Translations under genes and position numbers: made by a program | DNA from: a virus | Lineage: Duplodnaviria; Heunggongvirae; Uroviricota; Caudoviricetes | Direction: 5' to 3' (one strand) | IMG/VR virus record: IMGVR_UViG_2718218133_000001 | Length of the DNA stretch: 64,000 nucleotides | Part shown: one piece after another, positions 28,866-41,423 of the stretch | Position numbering within the stretch: position 1 is the stretch's first letter | Layout: every line of letters begins with the position of its first letter | The notes under the pieces: generated by a model | What the model was told of the DNA's origin: nothing | What the model saw: only the letters and a program-made list of their open reading frames with translations | Databases searched by the model: none

Positions 28866-31800
28866 TTATGCGTATTGTTGGATGACGGCCAGAACGTCCG
28901 CCAGGTTGTGTTTTGTCTCGATAATCCACCAGTTACCCGGGAAATCGCTGTTCTTCGCCTTCGCTGGCAGCCAGCGAGCGCCGAATTTCGCCTTGATTGC
29001 GTCTTTCGCACGGAAAAGAACGCCTTTCATGCCTGAGGCTTCCTGAAGCCCAAATACCTCGCCAGCGGCGAATTTTGGTGCGTACATCATCTTCAGGTCG
29101 GCGGTGGATACGCGATAATTCAGACCAAGAGACTGAGCTATGCTGGTGGCATCACCCTGTATTGATGATAACTCTTCTTGTTTCTCGTTTCTGGCGGCAA
29201 TTTCTTCCTCCGTGATGTTGCCAAGGGCCAGGTTTATCCGATCAGCGTCGGCCTGTTTCTCTTCATCGGTGCGCCCGGCAAGAACCGTGTTAATTCTCTG
29301 CAATATCTCCACATGATTCTTACGCATGCTGAGCAATTCCGGCGTAACTTCGTTAAGATCCACCAGCCCAAGGATGGCAAGGTCGGAAAACATTGATACC
29401 AGGTTGTAGGTCATGCGATAGCTGAGTTGGCCATAGGCTGATGGCAACTGCACCGCATCCATTTTATAGGCATCCATAAATTTAGAGCCGTCGTTTACGA
29501 CATCCGCAATTGCCGGTGTGATTTTTCCTGTGGTGGCGGCCTCCCTGATTGCTGTTACCCACGATTGAGTCAGCGCGGAAACTGCATGATTCAGATTGGC
29601 TTTGCGTTCTGCTGCAATGCGCGCGCTTGCAGCGTCCATTGACTGTTTGATCTCGTCTTTATTGCTGTAAATGCCAATGGTGCCAAACTGTGCTGTGGTG
29701 ATCTCATAATCTGACGCCCGGAACTCATTGGTACCGAAAATGGCATTGGTGACTTCAAGTTCAGAATCCCCGTTACGAGTAGCCCCCTGGCTTGTTTTTT
29801 CCGGCATTCTGGCGATCGCATCCGCTATTTTCTCCTGAATTGCTTCAGGGGATAGCGTATCTCCGTATGACGCGATTACATCGCCATAATTGGAGCCAAA
29901 CAGTTCAACCAGGAATGTTTCTGCCGAACGGATCTGGCGGTTATTCCCTTCCGACATCATACCAAGCACCCATTTTGCAATTGACGACTTCAGCGCGCCG
30001 TCACGGCGATCCGGGTAAACCGCATGCTTCAGTGGGTCCGTATAGGTACCAACAAAATCAATGCTATAGCCTGACTCTGTAGTCTGAACGCCGTATGAGT
30101 CAGTGATTTTGATCATGCCGCGCTGCTGGAAACGGTAGAAATCGTCACAGGAAATGATGTCGTTAATCCCGGCGATGGAGACGCCGCCACTGATTTTCTG
30201 CATAACAGCATCTTCATCGGGAGTTACATCAACCTGTTTATCCAGCGTCTTCACATCCCAGTTACCCGATTTGGTGCCTTTGAAGGTAAAGATGATCTCC
30301 ACGTCTGCGCGCTGGCTGTCGAAGTCCAGCGACTTAATGCGAACGATATCACCGGCACAATCGTAGTATTGGCCTACACGCCATGAGCGATCGCCGATAA
30401 CAAGGAACTCACTCGCATGGTTAACCAGGTCAGGATCAACATCCAGAATGCCTTTATTTATTGCATCCTCCACCAGCGGGCGCAGGCGTTTGATATCCGT
30501 CGCGGCCTTCTGAGTACGGTTCAATAATTTCTCATAGCGGGAGATGGCTTGAGAGATATTAGCCTTGCGCTGAATGGCGTTTTTCAACGACGCGCGATAC
30601 TGTGCTAACAACATACGGTCTGTGTGATGGACGCTCCCCCAGCGGGCCTTCCAGTCTGCGTTATCAGCTGCTTTGGCCATTACCGCCTGTTTGAATTTAG
30701 CTACCTCGGCGGTGGTCTTTTCAAGTTCCGCTTTGCTTCGCTCTAATTCAGCGGTAAGTACCTCCACATCCTCGCCAGCTGCGTGCTGCGCCTTGATGTA
30801 GTTCTGAAGGTCGATAGTAGCCTGTTCTTTCTGGCGAGCGCGTTGCGCGGCTTTCGCCTTATCCATTTGAACCTGCATCATTGCCAGACGTTCGCCATCA
30901 TCCTTAGCGGTATACATCTGCATTTCGATCATTTCGTTGGCGTCGGCGTTCTCCATTTCAGACTTATCTGAGCGGAGGATATCGGAGATCCAGCCTGCTT
31001 TACGCTTCAGCGTCTTCAGTCGGTATTCATCGAAAGAACCCTTGCCGCAGTAGTAGTGAACGCGAACGCTTGCACGGTTGGAGCCAACTCGTGCACCGCG
31101 ACCGTTACGTTGTGCGATACTGGCTGGTGTCCACGGCAACGTCAGGTGGTGGATATCCGTCGTTCCTCGATGCAGGTTGATACCCACCTCTGCCTTTTTG
31201 TTGCAGATGATGATCGGAGTCCGGCCCTCCTGGAAGTCGGCTGCAATCTTTTCCAGACCGCCCAACGACATTTCATTTTGCTGCGCGATATAGGCGTCAT
31301 ACAGAGCCATTTGCTCGTTGTATTTCGCTATCTGTGCATCTGTTGGTTCATCCGGTAGCTCTTTCGGCGGTTTAACCGCTTTCAGTTTCTTACCGGTTTT
31401 ACCTGCCTCGGCAACCGTCTGAGCATTCAGGATCCCCACCTTTGAAGGTTCAAGGTTAAGAGCATTGCAGATAATGCGCTTGAGCTTCTGGTGTTGCGTT
31501 TTTTCATCGGTGAAGATGATTTGCTTACCTTCCTGGAAAAACTCCTTCAGCGTGGCAATCAGCTTCGCGTATTTGGGCGTAACGGGGTGAGTTACGGTCT
31601 GTTCGTCAATGCCAAACCTGGCCAGGCGCTTATTCACTTCCTGCTCGAACGCTTCCGGAACCTGCAACTGAATAAACTCGCCCTTATCTATCAGGGAGTA
31701 TTGCGATTGCTGCGTGATTGAATCATCACTGTCGTCGTCTTCGCTGGTGGCTTGTTTAGGCAAACTGTCCGCCAGCTGCTGCACCGCATCGGCGTACTCC

Positions 31801-34800
31801 GGCAGGAAACGATAGGTGATCCGGCGATAGTACAGGTCCATGTCAGTACATACGCGGTCCATATCCCTGATTATTGAGAAGATCGGACGGGCTTTCTCGT
31901 GCTCAATCACGCCGTCTTCATTGACCGAGGTCGTTACGCCATTGTTGGCTTTGGCCGCCGCTTCCGCCTGCTGACGTAATTCTTCATACGCCGCCAGTTG
32001 TTCTTCAGTAAGTGGTGCATCCTGCTGGTGCTCGTCCAGTTCCGGGATCTCCACGGTATCCTTAACGTCTTCCGCCGTTTTAAGCGTTGTCCAGCGATGG
32101 AATATGCCGCGCAGCGCATCAAGGTTTTCAAAGCCCACCAGCGCCATTTTTTCTTCAACTTCACCGCTGATTTTCTGTACCGTTTCCAGCCTGGTCTTGC
32201 CGAAGAATTTAACGAAGTCATCAGGACCGTAGATCCCCATCTTCTGCCAGTATTCCTTCGGCAGCACATGAGAAAGCATGTTGTATGCATCGATCGGGGT
32301 GTTAACGACTGGCGTTGCAGTCAGGAGAACCGGTCCGCGCCCACCATTCTTTTTCATCAGGTACGCGTTTTTAATTGCCATATCCCGCGCCGATTGCGCC
32401 ACCGCGCTGGTGGGCAGATAGGCCAGTTGTGACGCTTCGCGACCATTTTTATAGCTATTGCGGTAGTTGTGACCTTCGTCAGCGATCACACTATCGAAGC
32501 CCATATCCTCAAAGTACGGATACTTCTCTGCTTTTTCGGTGCCGGTATCTGAATACTCCGACAATACCCGGCGACGCGCGGCCTCTTTGCGGTGGGAGTC
32601 GGAGTCCATTGCGCTGGCTACGCGCCCGGCGGCAACGAAGTCATAAAGCATATCCTGTGCATGCTCATCTACGGTGTCATCACGTAGCGGAATGCGGGCG
32701 TATTGTTCTTTGGTAAACACGACTGCACGGTAATTTGAGTGCGGGATCGCGTTCATCCGCGCCGTGATAGTGGCTTCATCTGCCAGTTTTAGGGCATCGC
32801 GCATAACTGGAGTGCCATCAGTACCAAGAACAGGTTTACCGTTCTCATCGAGCACCGGCACCTGGCGAATCTGATCGCCATCCATCAGCACATCAAGACC
32901 GACGAACAGGTAGTTACTGAATGCCTCTTCACTCAGGAATTCTTTTGCTTCGTAATACCAGTTTTCCAGCACTGATTTAGGCACTACATACGCAGTACGG
33001 GTGGAGCGACCGTTCTCATAGTTGAACGCTTCAAGCGCCAGCGCGGTCGTAGTTTTACCCAGCCCGGTGCCGAAGCCCAGGATGCCGCGCCCATCTTCGG
33101 ACAGTCGGCGCACTTCGCTATTCTGGTAATCAAATGGCTGGCGCTTACCGCTTAATCCCTTCAACCCAAGCGGATCGCCAGAGTGTTCATACGGGATATT
33201 GCTATTGAACACATCGTTGTATTTGGCAACCAGTTCATCGTAGCGATCGTGCGTCTTGATCCACTTATTGAACTGGTCCTCAAGCAGTGCCATCTGCTCG
33301 CGGTAGCCGTTCGCCGTCGCGCTATCTTTGCCACCGATACGCGCACCATTGAGATACTTTTCCAGCTGTGCCGGGAACCCGGTCGCGTTTTCACCTGATT
33401 TACGGTCCCACTCGTAGCGGATCTCGCCTGTTTCTTTATCCTTGCGCTGGACAACACCGTATCGGTGCCCGACGAACAGACCATCACCACCGTGATAGGT
33501 GTCAGAAACCATTTCGTCGCCTTCCAGCTGCACTGACTGCACATAGCGAAGATCCGGATAGCCGTTTTCCTGCAAAAATTCCAGAATGACGGAACGGTCG
33601 AACCAACGGCTATTGAGCTTAAAGCGGATATTCTCTGCTGGCGTCTTGATGCGCTTCTCTTCGATCGCTGCCAGCTGATTAAGGACGTTGTTCTTTACTG
33701 GACCGTCGGGGAGTGTGGCAAGGAATTCCTGTTTTGGTGCCACTATCTCGTTAATGTCGCCGCTGGTGGCGCGGGCGAACGGAACAATCCCGCCATACGG
33801 TGAAACCGCAATGCCAGGGGTGCTGGCCAATAAATTAAGCAACTCTTCATCACTGGCTGGCAATTCGCCGGTAAACGCAAGGCGGAAATCATCGAGCTGG
33901 ATTGGATCGCGGGTAAGATCGCTATAGAGATAACGCAGGGTGTCCTGATAGCTGGTGGAGTCATAACTGGCGCTGGAATCATGCGTAACCAGCTTTCCTG
34001 TCAGCTCGTCAGAAATAGTGCCATCCAGCTTAATTGCACCACGGAAAGCAAACCAGGCGCGCGCACCGCTTCCCGATAATTTAGCTATCGGACCGCGACC
34101 AGGGTTACCAAAACGGTCAATCTCTGCCTGCAAACGGGATACCAGAGAAAGGCGCTGCTGTTCGATTTGTTCAGCACTATGCCCGGCGGCCTTCATATCC
34201 TGATATTCAATTAACATCCGGCCAATCATCGCCCCACGATACAAGCGTTCACGGTATTTTTCAGGCTGGCTGTTAATCCAGTCCACCAGCTGCACCATAT
34301 CGTCGCTGATTGATGTGGTGTACTTATCGCGGACGTTTGCCATCTGGGTAAATGTCATACCGAGACGGCCTTCTGTTGTAGTCAGGTTACGCTGAAGAGC
34401 CTCCCAGCTATCCGCGCCATAACTGGCAGCATCAATTTTAAGTTCCTTCCCGGCATCAGCTTCAATCCAGCGACCACCAGCATATTTTTGCCATACGCCA
34501 TTAATCAGGCGCATTTCCCCTTCACCAACAACGTCTGCGGTCGGTGACGGTTCAACCATATCGAGCAAAGACCAGTCGATACGGCTTTCGAAACGATGAA
34601 TCAGCTTCGCTTTAAGAGCCTGGTTATCAATCTGACCGTCGGCACGAACCTCAATACGCCCCTGGAAGCCCTTTTCCTGGGTGCCATGAACAAACCGGCG
34701 GCCATCCTTTTCAAACCACTTGCCAGAAATAAACGTTGGCCAAAGCACATTTGCCGATTCAAGAGTGCTTTCATCCACCAGGGGGATTTTCTCAGCCATC

Positions 34801-35633
34801 TCTGCCGGATGTTTGCGCATCAGCACCACATCTACGACCGTACTGGTCCCGTTTGCGTCAAAAGTACCGGTAGGCAAGCGGTGGGCACCAAGAAATTCAG
34901 CTTTCCGTGATAGGCGCAGGCGTAACCGCTTCATGTTTGAACCTGAAACAATGGACGGCGGCACAATCACGCACATGAATCCGCCTGGCTTTATCTTGTC
35001 CAGCATGCGGAGCATGAAGTAAGAACCCATGTCCGTTTCTTCTGCGTAAGGCTTATCGATGTTGCGTGTGTTATCACGACCGCCGAACGGAACGTTACCC
35101 ACAACATGGTCGAATGAATCGTTAGGTGTGCTTATAGCCAGCTGTTCGAACGGGGAAATCTGTACGCTGTCTTCCGGGTGTAACAACTGGTTTATACGAC
35201 CGGAAACACTGCTGATCTCAGTCGCGGTCATCACCGTACCAACCGGTTTTGTCTCATTAAAAACGCCGGTTCCCGCCGATGGTTCCAGAGTGTTACCTAC
35301 GTCCGCGCCGTAGAGCTTCATGATCTCCCAGACACCTTCAGCGATCGGCTTTGGTGTGTAATATTCGGAGACGGACCCGCCAATGCCGCCTTCACCGGTG
35401 TACCCAGCCAGGATCTGGCGCTGTTCATCTGTCAGTGTCGCGCCGTCCACCAGCGAATTAAGCAAATCTATCGCCTTCTGATTCGCCTCCCGGCGCAGTC
35501 GGTCATAGCTTTTGCCTTCCACCTTTTCCACGCCGTATTTAATCGGCGCTCGGTGAGATTTTATTGCCCTAATGTATTTCAATATTTCGCTGACACTTGA
35601 ACAGCGAAACACCCCCATAGATAGCTTGTTCAT
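28866..35633 (-). CDS. darB: DarB antirestriction protein (N6-adenine methyltransferase plus DEAH-like helicase domains)
   Basis: 2255-aa ORF, the length remembered for P1 DarB; MTase-like GNVPFG motif; helicase motifs GTGLGKT and VIADEGHNY. Confidence 0.9.
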   Translation of the reverse strand: MNKLSMGVFRCSSVSEILKYIRAIKSHRAPIKYGVEKVEGKSYDRLRREANQKAIDLLNSLVDGATLTDEQRQILAGYTGEGGIGGSVSEYYTPKPIAEGVWEIMKLYGADVGNTLEPSAGTGVFNETKPVGTVMTATEISSVSGRINQLLHPEDSVQISPFEQLAISTPNDSFDHVVGNVPFGGRDNTRNIDKPYAEETDMGSYFMLRMLDKIKPGGFMCVIVPPSIVSGSNMKRLRLRLSRKAEFLGAHRLPTGTFDANGTSTVVDVVLMRKHPAEMAEKIPLVDESTLESANVLWPTFISGKWFEKDGRRFVHGTQEKGFQGRIEVRADGQIDNQALKAKLIHRFESRIDWSLLDMVEPSPTADVVGEGEMRLINGVWQKYAGGRWIEADAGKELKIDAASYGADSWEALQRNLTTTEGRLGMTFTQMANVRDKYTTSISDDMVQLVDWINSQPEKYRERLYRGAMIGRMLIEYQDMKAAGHSAEQIEQQRLSLVSRLQAEIDRFGNPGRGPIAKLSGSGARAWFAFRGAIKLDGTISDELTGKLVTHDSSASYDSTSYQDTLRYLYSDLTRDPIQLDDFRLAFTGELPASDEELLNLLASTPGIAVSPYGGIVPFARATSGDINEIVAPKQEFLATLPDGPVKNNVLNQLAAIEEKRIKTPAENIRFKLNSRWFDRSVILEFLQENGYPDLRYVQSVQLEGDEMVSDTYHGGDGLFVGHRYGVVQRKDKETGEIRYEWDRKSGENATGFPAQLEKYLNGARIGGKDSATANGYREQMALLEDQFNKWIKTHDRYDELVAKYNDVFNSNIPYEHSGDPLGLKGLSGKRQPFDYQNSEVRRLSEDGRGILGFGTGLGKTTTALALEAFNYENGRSTRTAYVVPKSVLENWYYEAKEFLSEEAFSNYLFVGLDVLMDGDQIRQVPVLDENGKPVLGTDGTPVMRDALKLADEATITARMNAIPHSNYRAVVFTKEQYARIPLRDDTVDEHAQDMLYDFVAAGRVASAMDSDSHRKEAARRRVLSEYSDTGTEKAEKYPYFEDMGFDSVIADEGHNYRNSYKNGREASQLAYLPTSAVAQSARDMAIKNAYLMKKNGGRGPVLLTATPVVNTPIDAYNMLSHVLPKEYWQKMGIYGPDDFVKFFGKTRLETVQKISGEVEEKMALVGFENLDALRGIFHRWTTLKTAEDVKDTVEIPELDEHQQDAPLTEEQLAAYEELRQQAEAAAKANNGVTTSVNEDGVIEHEKARPIFSIIRDMDRVCTDMDLYYRRITYRFLPEYADAVQQLADSLPKQATSEDDDSDDSITQQSQYSLIDKGEFIQLQVPEAFEQEVNKRLARFGIDEQTVTHPVTPKYAKLIATLKEFFQEGKQIIFTDEKTQHQKLKRIICNALNLEPSKVGILNAQTVAEAGKTGKKLKAVKPPKELPDEPTDAQIAKYNEQMALYDAYIAQQNEMSLGGLEKIAADFQEGRTPIIICNKKAEVGINLHRGTTDIHHLTLPWTPASIAQRNGRGARVGSNRASVRVHYYCGKGSFDEYRLKTLKRKAGWISDILRSDKSEMENADANEMIEMQMYTAKDDGERLAMMQVQMDKAKAAQRARQKEQATIDLQNYIKAQHAAGEDVEVLTAELERSKAELEKTTAEVAKFKQAVMAKAADNADWKARWGSVHHTDRMLLAQYRASLKNAIQRKANISQAISRYEKLLNRTQKAATDIKRLRPLVEDAINKGILDVDPDLVNHASEFLVIGDRSWRVGQYYDCAGDIVRIKSLDFDSQRADVEIIFTFKGTKSGNWDVKTLDKQVDVTPDEDAVMQKISGGVSIAGINDIISCDDFYRFQQRGMIKITDSYGVQTTESGYSIDFVGTYTDPLKHAVYPDRRDGALKSSIAKWVLGMMSEGNNRQIRSAETFLVELFGSNYGDVIASYGDTLSPEAIQEKIADAIARMPEKTSQGATRNGDSELEVTNAIFGTNEFRASDYEITTAQFGTIGIYSNKDEIKQSMDAASARIAAERKANLNHAVSALTQSWVTAIREAATTGKITPAIADVVNDGSKFMDAYKMDAVQLPSAYGQLSYRMTYNLVSMFSDLAILGLVDLNEVTPELLSMRKNHVEILQRINTVLAGRTDEEKQADADRINLALGNITEEEIAARNEKQEELSSIQGDATSIAQSLGLNYRVSTADLKMMYAPKFAAGEVFGLQEASGMKGVLFRAKDAIKAKFGARWLPAKAKNSDFPGNWWIIETKHNLADVLAVIQQYA

Positions 35634-35699
35634 TGGTAATCCTTAACAAGTGACTAGTGTTAAATTCCGTTCAAACACGATGCGAATTATTCTAATTAA

Positions 35700-37430
<1,731 letters not shown>

Positions 37431-38705
37431 ACGGCAAACATTCCCAATTCACAGAGTCCGACCTAAACCACATGAAGCGGCTTAGGAATTACAGACTCTC
37501 CAAGGGCTAACACTGCCAGCCCGGCAGCTTTTATATTACGGGCCGCGTTAATATCACGATCATGCTCTGCGCCACATTCCGGGCAGTGCCATTTACGAAT
37601 ATTAAGAGGCATTTTTTGCATGGTGAAGCCGCAACTGCTGCAACGTTTGGAAGAAGGGAAATACTGGTCGATAGCGACAATGCTACGTCCACCCCATTCT
37701 CCTTTGTACTGGAGTTGGCGTACAAGTTCGCTCCAGCCTGCGTCAGCTATTGCTTTAGATAGCTTCGGGTTACGGATCATGTTTTTCACTTTAAGGGATT
37801 CGACGCAAACAACTTGGTTTTCGTTAATCAGTTTGCGGGACAACTTATGCAGGTTATCCATCCGACAATCGACTATTCTCGCGTGGAGGCGGGCAACCTT
37901 TAAACGTGCTTTGGCGCGGTTCTTTGAGCCTTTTTGTTTCTTGCTCAATCTGCGCTGTAACACTGCTAATCGCTTCGCGTATTTAGCGTTGTGTCGAGGA
38001 TTGCCAGTTTTAAAACCGGTATCGGTGACGAACAAATCTTTTAAACCAATATCAATGCCGACCGTGGAAACGGTGATCGGCAGTGATACAGGCTCAAACT
38101 CGCAGAGACAGGATACAAAATATCGTCCGGCAGCATCCCTGGTGATAGTGACAGTGGATGGAGCAGACGGCAACGGACGGCTCCAGCGAACATCTAACGG
38201 CTCTTTGCTCTTTGCCATGTACAGCTTGCCGTCACGGTATTTAAATGCGCTGGCAGTTAGTTCTGCGGCCTGTTTATGCCGCTTGCTCTTAAAAACTGGG
38301 TATGCAGCACGCCCGGCGAAAAAGTTAGCAAAAGCCGTTTGTTGGTGGCGCAGAGACTGCTGGAGGGGGACGCAGGAAACGTCATTCAGCCAAGCGAATT
38401 CTGGTTCTTTTTTCAGTGCCGTTAATTTGGCGCTGGCTTGTGCATAGCCGACCCTCTCATGGCGTGCGTAGTACGCATCGGTGCGCCAGCGAAGGAGGCT
38501 GTTATAGACAAAACGCACACACCCAAAAGTCCGGGCTAATAGCTCGGTTTGTTCGGGAGTTGGATAGAATCGATATTTATAGGCACGCTTCATGTTCTAT
38601 ATAATACATTGAAACTAATGAGTATATAAATGAATACACGGACGAAAATGTTATCAAAGCCAATATACCAACAGACATTAGGTAAGGTAGCTGGAGGGCA
38701 ATATA
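37431..38705 (-). mobile_element. IS200/IS605-family tnpB-only insertion; ends not defined
   Basis: Intact tnpB on the opposite strand fills the gap between two co-directional head genes; no Y1 tnpA present; AT-rich 112-bp left flank. Confidence 0.55.
37463..38593 (-). CDS. tnpB: TnpB (OrfB) RNA-guided endonuclease-like transposon protein
   Basis: 376 aa starting MKRAYKYRFYPT; RuvC-I GIDIGLKD, RuvC-II VCVESL, zinc finger CSSCG..CPECG, RuvC-III HDRDINAARNI. Confidence 0.9.
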   Translation of the reverse strand: MKRAYKYRFYPTPEQTELLARTFGCVRFVYNSLLRWRTDAYYARHERVGYAQASAKLTALKKEPEFAWLNDVSCVPLQQSLRHQQTAFANFFAGRAAYPVFKSKRHKQAAELTASAFKYRDGKLYMAKSKEPLDVRWSRPLPSAPSTVTITRDAAGRYFVSCLCEFEPVSLPITVSTVGIDIGLKDLFVTDTGFKTGNPRHNAKYAKRLAVLQRRLSKKQKGSKNRAKARLKVARLHARIVDCRMDNLHKLSRKLINENQVVCVESLKVKNMIRNPKLSKAIADAGWSELVRQLQYKGEWGGRSIVAIDQYFPSSKRCSSCGFTMQKMPLNIRKWHCPECGAEHDRDINAARNIKAAGLAVLALGESVIPKPLHVV

Positions 38706-39725
38706 ATGACTGATGTTTTGAAAACGGTCACTGACCGCTTTTGTCTCTATAGCAATGCTCGAAAAGGTCGCCAGAACGGGCGACAGTATGTATTAAGCGC
38801 GGTTAAGACCATGCTTGAAAGCAAGGAAACTCAGGAAGGTTTACGCCTTGGAGAGCTTTTCGGCTATTACGGTCACGGTCGCCGACAGCTGACCGGCAAA
38901 CTGGAAGTACCAGAAACCAGCGTAATCATGGTGGAAGGTCGCCCGGTCGTAATCGACAATGTTCCAGCGTGCCGCACAGTGGCTATATCCGTTGACGACA
39001 ACGGCATCGTTACCCATACACAGGAAATTCTTAACACAGAGCCGGGTAAAATTGTCGCCGCGATGATCGAAAGCCGAGCTGGTGGCTGGAGCTGGGCCAC
39101 TGGCGGGCGTGAGTCCGGGAAAATCGCTGTAACCACCAGCTTCCATGGTGTGGATTATGTGACAACGCCGAACTATATCAGTCTGGATCATCCTGCCAGC
39201 GCCGGAATGTTTGAAAGCGCGGATTCTAAATCTTTACTGGCAGAGTCCCTGGCGGCGCATGGGTACTCCGACGAGTCAGTGCAGGCCGTTATATCCCATT
39301 ACGGCAAAATGGCTGAACTGGAAATGATGGTGGAGGCGACAGAGCGTACGGCAGAACTGGAAACTGCACTACTCGAAAGCCAGGGCCGCCACCTCGAAGC
39401 AATGGCTAAGATCGCAGATGCTGAAGCGCGAATCGCTTTGCTGGAGGAAACAGCGGGTATCCGCGACGATGTGCTGGCAGCAATGCAAGACGAACTGGAT
39501 AACCTCCCGATCTTCGTCTCCGCCGCCCAAAAAGACGCATTCCGCCTCAAAGAACCTGGTGATGCAAAAATCGTTGCCACACTTTTCGAATCTCTGATCA
39601 AAGTTGGCGCACGCAACTTGCCTGTCACCAAGAAAATTAAGGAGGTTCCGCAAGCGGCTAACGTCCAGGCACCGCGTGAGACAAGCATCATCACGTTTAA
39701 TAATTCAATCAATCCGTTTAAATAA
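38706..39725 (+). CDS. head-processing protease-position protein (Pro-like)
   Basis: 339-aa ORF with GGAGGG RBS; coiled-coil C-terminus; assignment by synteny only. Confidence 0.45.
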   Translation: MTDVLKTVTDRFCLYSNARKGRQNGRQYVLSAVKTMLESKETQEGLRLGELFGYYGHGRRQLTGKLEVPETSVIMVEGRPVVIDNVPACRTVAISVDDNGIVTHTQEILNTEPGKIVAAMIESRAGGWSWATGGRESGKIAVTTSFHGVDYVTTPNYISLDHPASAGMFESADSKSLLAESLAAHGYSDESVQAVISHYGKMAELEMMVEATERTAELETALLESQGRHLEAMAKIADAEARIALLEETAGIRDDVLAAMQDELDNLPIFVSAAQKDAFRLKEPGDAKIVATLFESLIKVGARNLPVTKKIKEVPQAANVQAPRETSIITFNNSINPFK

Positions 39726-40010
39726 CCACCAAAAATAACCCCGGCAGCTGCCGGGGTTCTCGTTAACTATTATCGCCTTCGTGCCATATATTTGCGCACC
39801 GCGCGGCGTGGACAATCTGAAGCGGTTTCTTTCTGCTGCATCAATCTCGCAGCCATGCTCAAAAATGTCAGGCACAGCCGAAGCCCGGCATACAATAGCG
39901 GTTCCAGTGGCCACGTCTCATTGAGCACATATACCGCCATGAAAATCGAGTCAAAAACTATCGCCGCCAGCGATAACTTCATTGTCGAAAGTCGGCGGAG
40001 CTGCCGGAGT

Positions 40011-40568
40011 TTATTCATTGACCAGTCCCGTCAGGCAAAGCTGGCGTTCTTTTTCACGGCGAATCTTTAAACCTCGCAGGGGCACGCCGTTACTGTTCAC
40101 GAAATCAGGGAGATGGTTACACATATTCACCCATTCCCCTTTCTGCGCCCACTTGTGGATGGACGTTTCTACTCGCATGCCTCGCGCTTTGCTGTAGTAG
40201 GTCCGTAAGCTATTGCATCCCATATTGAATGCCGCGCTTGTCATTGCACTGAAGGCATTATCGGGCATGTCTTTGCCCCGGAAGTGCTGATTAATACAGC
40301 GTTCAGCGATCAGGATATTCTTTTCCCAATCAGCGGCGATTTGCTGGTCTGTTTTTCGCACACCCGGCGTTACCCCGTGTGTATTACCGATCCCGTCAGT
40401 CCATACCCCTGCCGGGCACATGTATGGATCACGTCGGCAACCTTCAGCGTTACCAATCAGCTCAAGCCCCGCCTGGTTGGTTCGCACATTGCCATTACCC
40501 ATCACGATGGTAATCATCACCGCGATAGCGCAAATTGCACCGCCTCCTGCGGCTGTTTTTCCCTTCAT
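40011..40568 (-). CDS. lyz: SAR-type endolysin (lysozyme)
   Basis: Likely start at MKGKTAAGGGAICAIAVMITIVMG (signal-anchor-release segment), giving 185 aa; downstream glycosidase-like region. Confidence 0.8.
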   Translation of the reverse strand: MKGKTAAGGGAICAIAVMITIVMGNGNVRTNQAGLELIGNAEGCRRDPYMCPAGVWTDGIGNTHGVTPGVRKTDQQIAADWEKNILIAERCINQHFRGKDMPDNAFSAMTSAAFNMGCNSLRTYYSKARGMRVETSIHKWAQKGEWVNMCNHLPDFVNSNGVPLRGLKIRREKERQLCLTGLVNE

Positions 40569-40700
40569 AAAGACCTCATAAGCGAATTTTTTACGCTCCA
40601 GGACAAACACCCATTCACAGCCAATACCGACTGACTCGATCCCTTTAGAAGGCACAGGATAATGCAAATCACTTGTTAGCTACGTTTCAAAGATATACAT

Positions 40701-40717
40701 TATTGCTCTAATTATTT
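40701..40717 (+). promoter_or_regulatory. C1 operator-like 17-mer upstream of ssb
   Basis: attgctctaattatttt, 20 bp before the ssb start. Confidence 0.5.
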
Positions 40718-40737
40718 TATTTTATTAGGTAAGAAAA

Positions 40738-41226
40738 GTGGCACAACGCGGTGTAAACAAAGTCATCCTGATTGGTACCCTGGGGCAAGACCCGGAGATC
40801 AGGTATATACCAAATGGCGGCGCGGTCGGAAGACTCAGCATCGCAACGAATGAATCATGGCGCGACAAGCAAACGGGCCAACAGAAAGAGCAAACAGAAT
40901 GGCATAAAGTCGTTTTGTTCGGAAAACTTGCTGAAATTGCGAGTGAGTATTTACGAAAAGGTTCTCAGGTCTACATCGAAGGGAAACTTAAAACCCGTAA
41001 GTGGACAGATGACGCCGGTGTAGAACGTTACACGACGGAAATTATCGTCAGCCAGGGCGGCACCATGCAAATGATCGGCGCTCGCCGTGACGATTCACAG
41101 TCCTCAAATGGCTGGGGGCAATCAAACCAACCTCAAAACCACCAGCAATACAGTGGTGGCGGTAAACCTCAGAGCAACGCCAATAACGAACCTCCAATGG
41201 ACTTTGACGACGATATTCCGTTTTGA
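40738..41226 (+). CDS. ssb: single-stranded DNA-binding protein
   Basis: 162 aa, [23 protein letters not shown]..; Gly/Gln-rich tail ending DFDDDIPF. Confidence 0.9.
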   Translation: MAQRGVNKVILIGTLGQDPEIRYIPNGGAVGRLSIATNESWRDKQTGQQKEQTEWHKVVLFGKLAEIASEYLRKGSQVYIEGKLKTRKWTDDAGVERYTTEIIVSQGGTMQMIGARRDDSQSSNGWGQSNQPQNHQQYSGGGKPQSNANNEPPMDFDDDIPF

Positions 41227-41423
41227 ATGTGTAAAAAACGACTGAAAGAAAAGCGGTGGTCCAGACGCCGACAAAAGCACGAACTCGCAAACAAACGCCA
41301 AAGTTGGCAATGGCACGCGCTTTTCACGAAAAGAACACCCCGAGATATTGCGTTCGCTGGTGGGAAAACATTCCTGACCCACCTGAAGGCGCAATACATC
41401 AGGTTTTAAGCAGAGGAAAGACT

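Noticed and set aside
28997-35313. Numerous 60-140-aa plus-strand ORFs inside the darB region
   Set aside because: All lie antisense within the single 2255-aa darB ORF, with no RBS or conserved motifs; treated as six-frame noise. The same applies to antisense ORFs inside the sit, S, ddrB-position, darA and tnpB genes.
41256-41423. Long GTG-initiated N-terminal extension of the DUF2829-like gene
   Set aside because: The extension is basic low-complexity sequence running from the ssb stop; the ATG at 41424 with a GAGGAAAG RBS is preferred.
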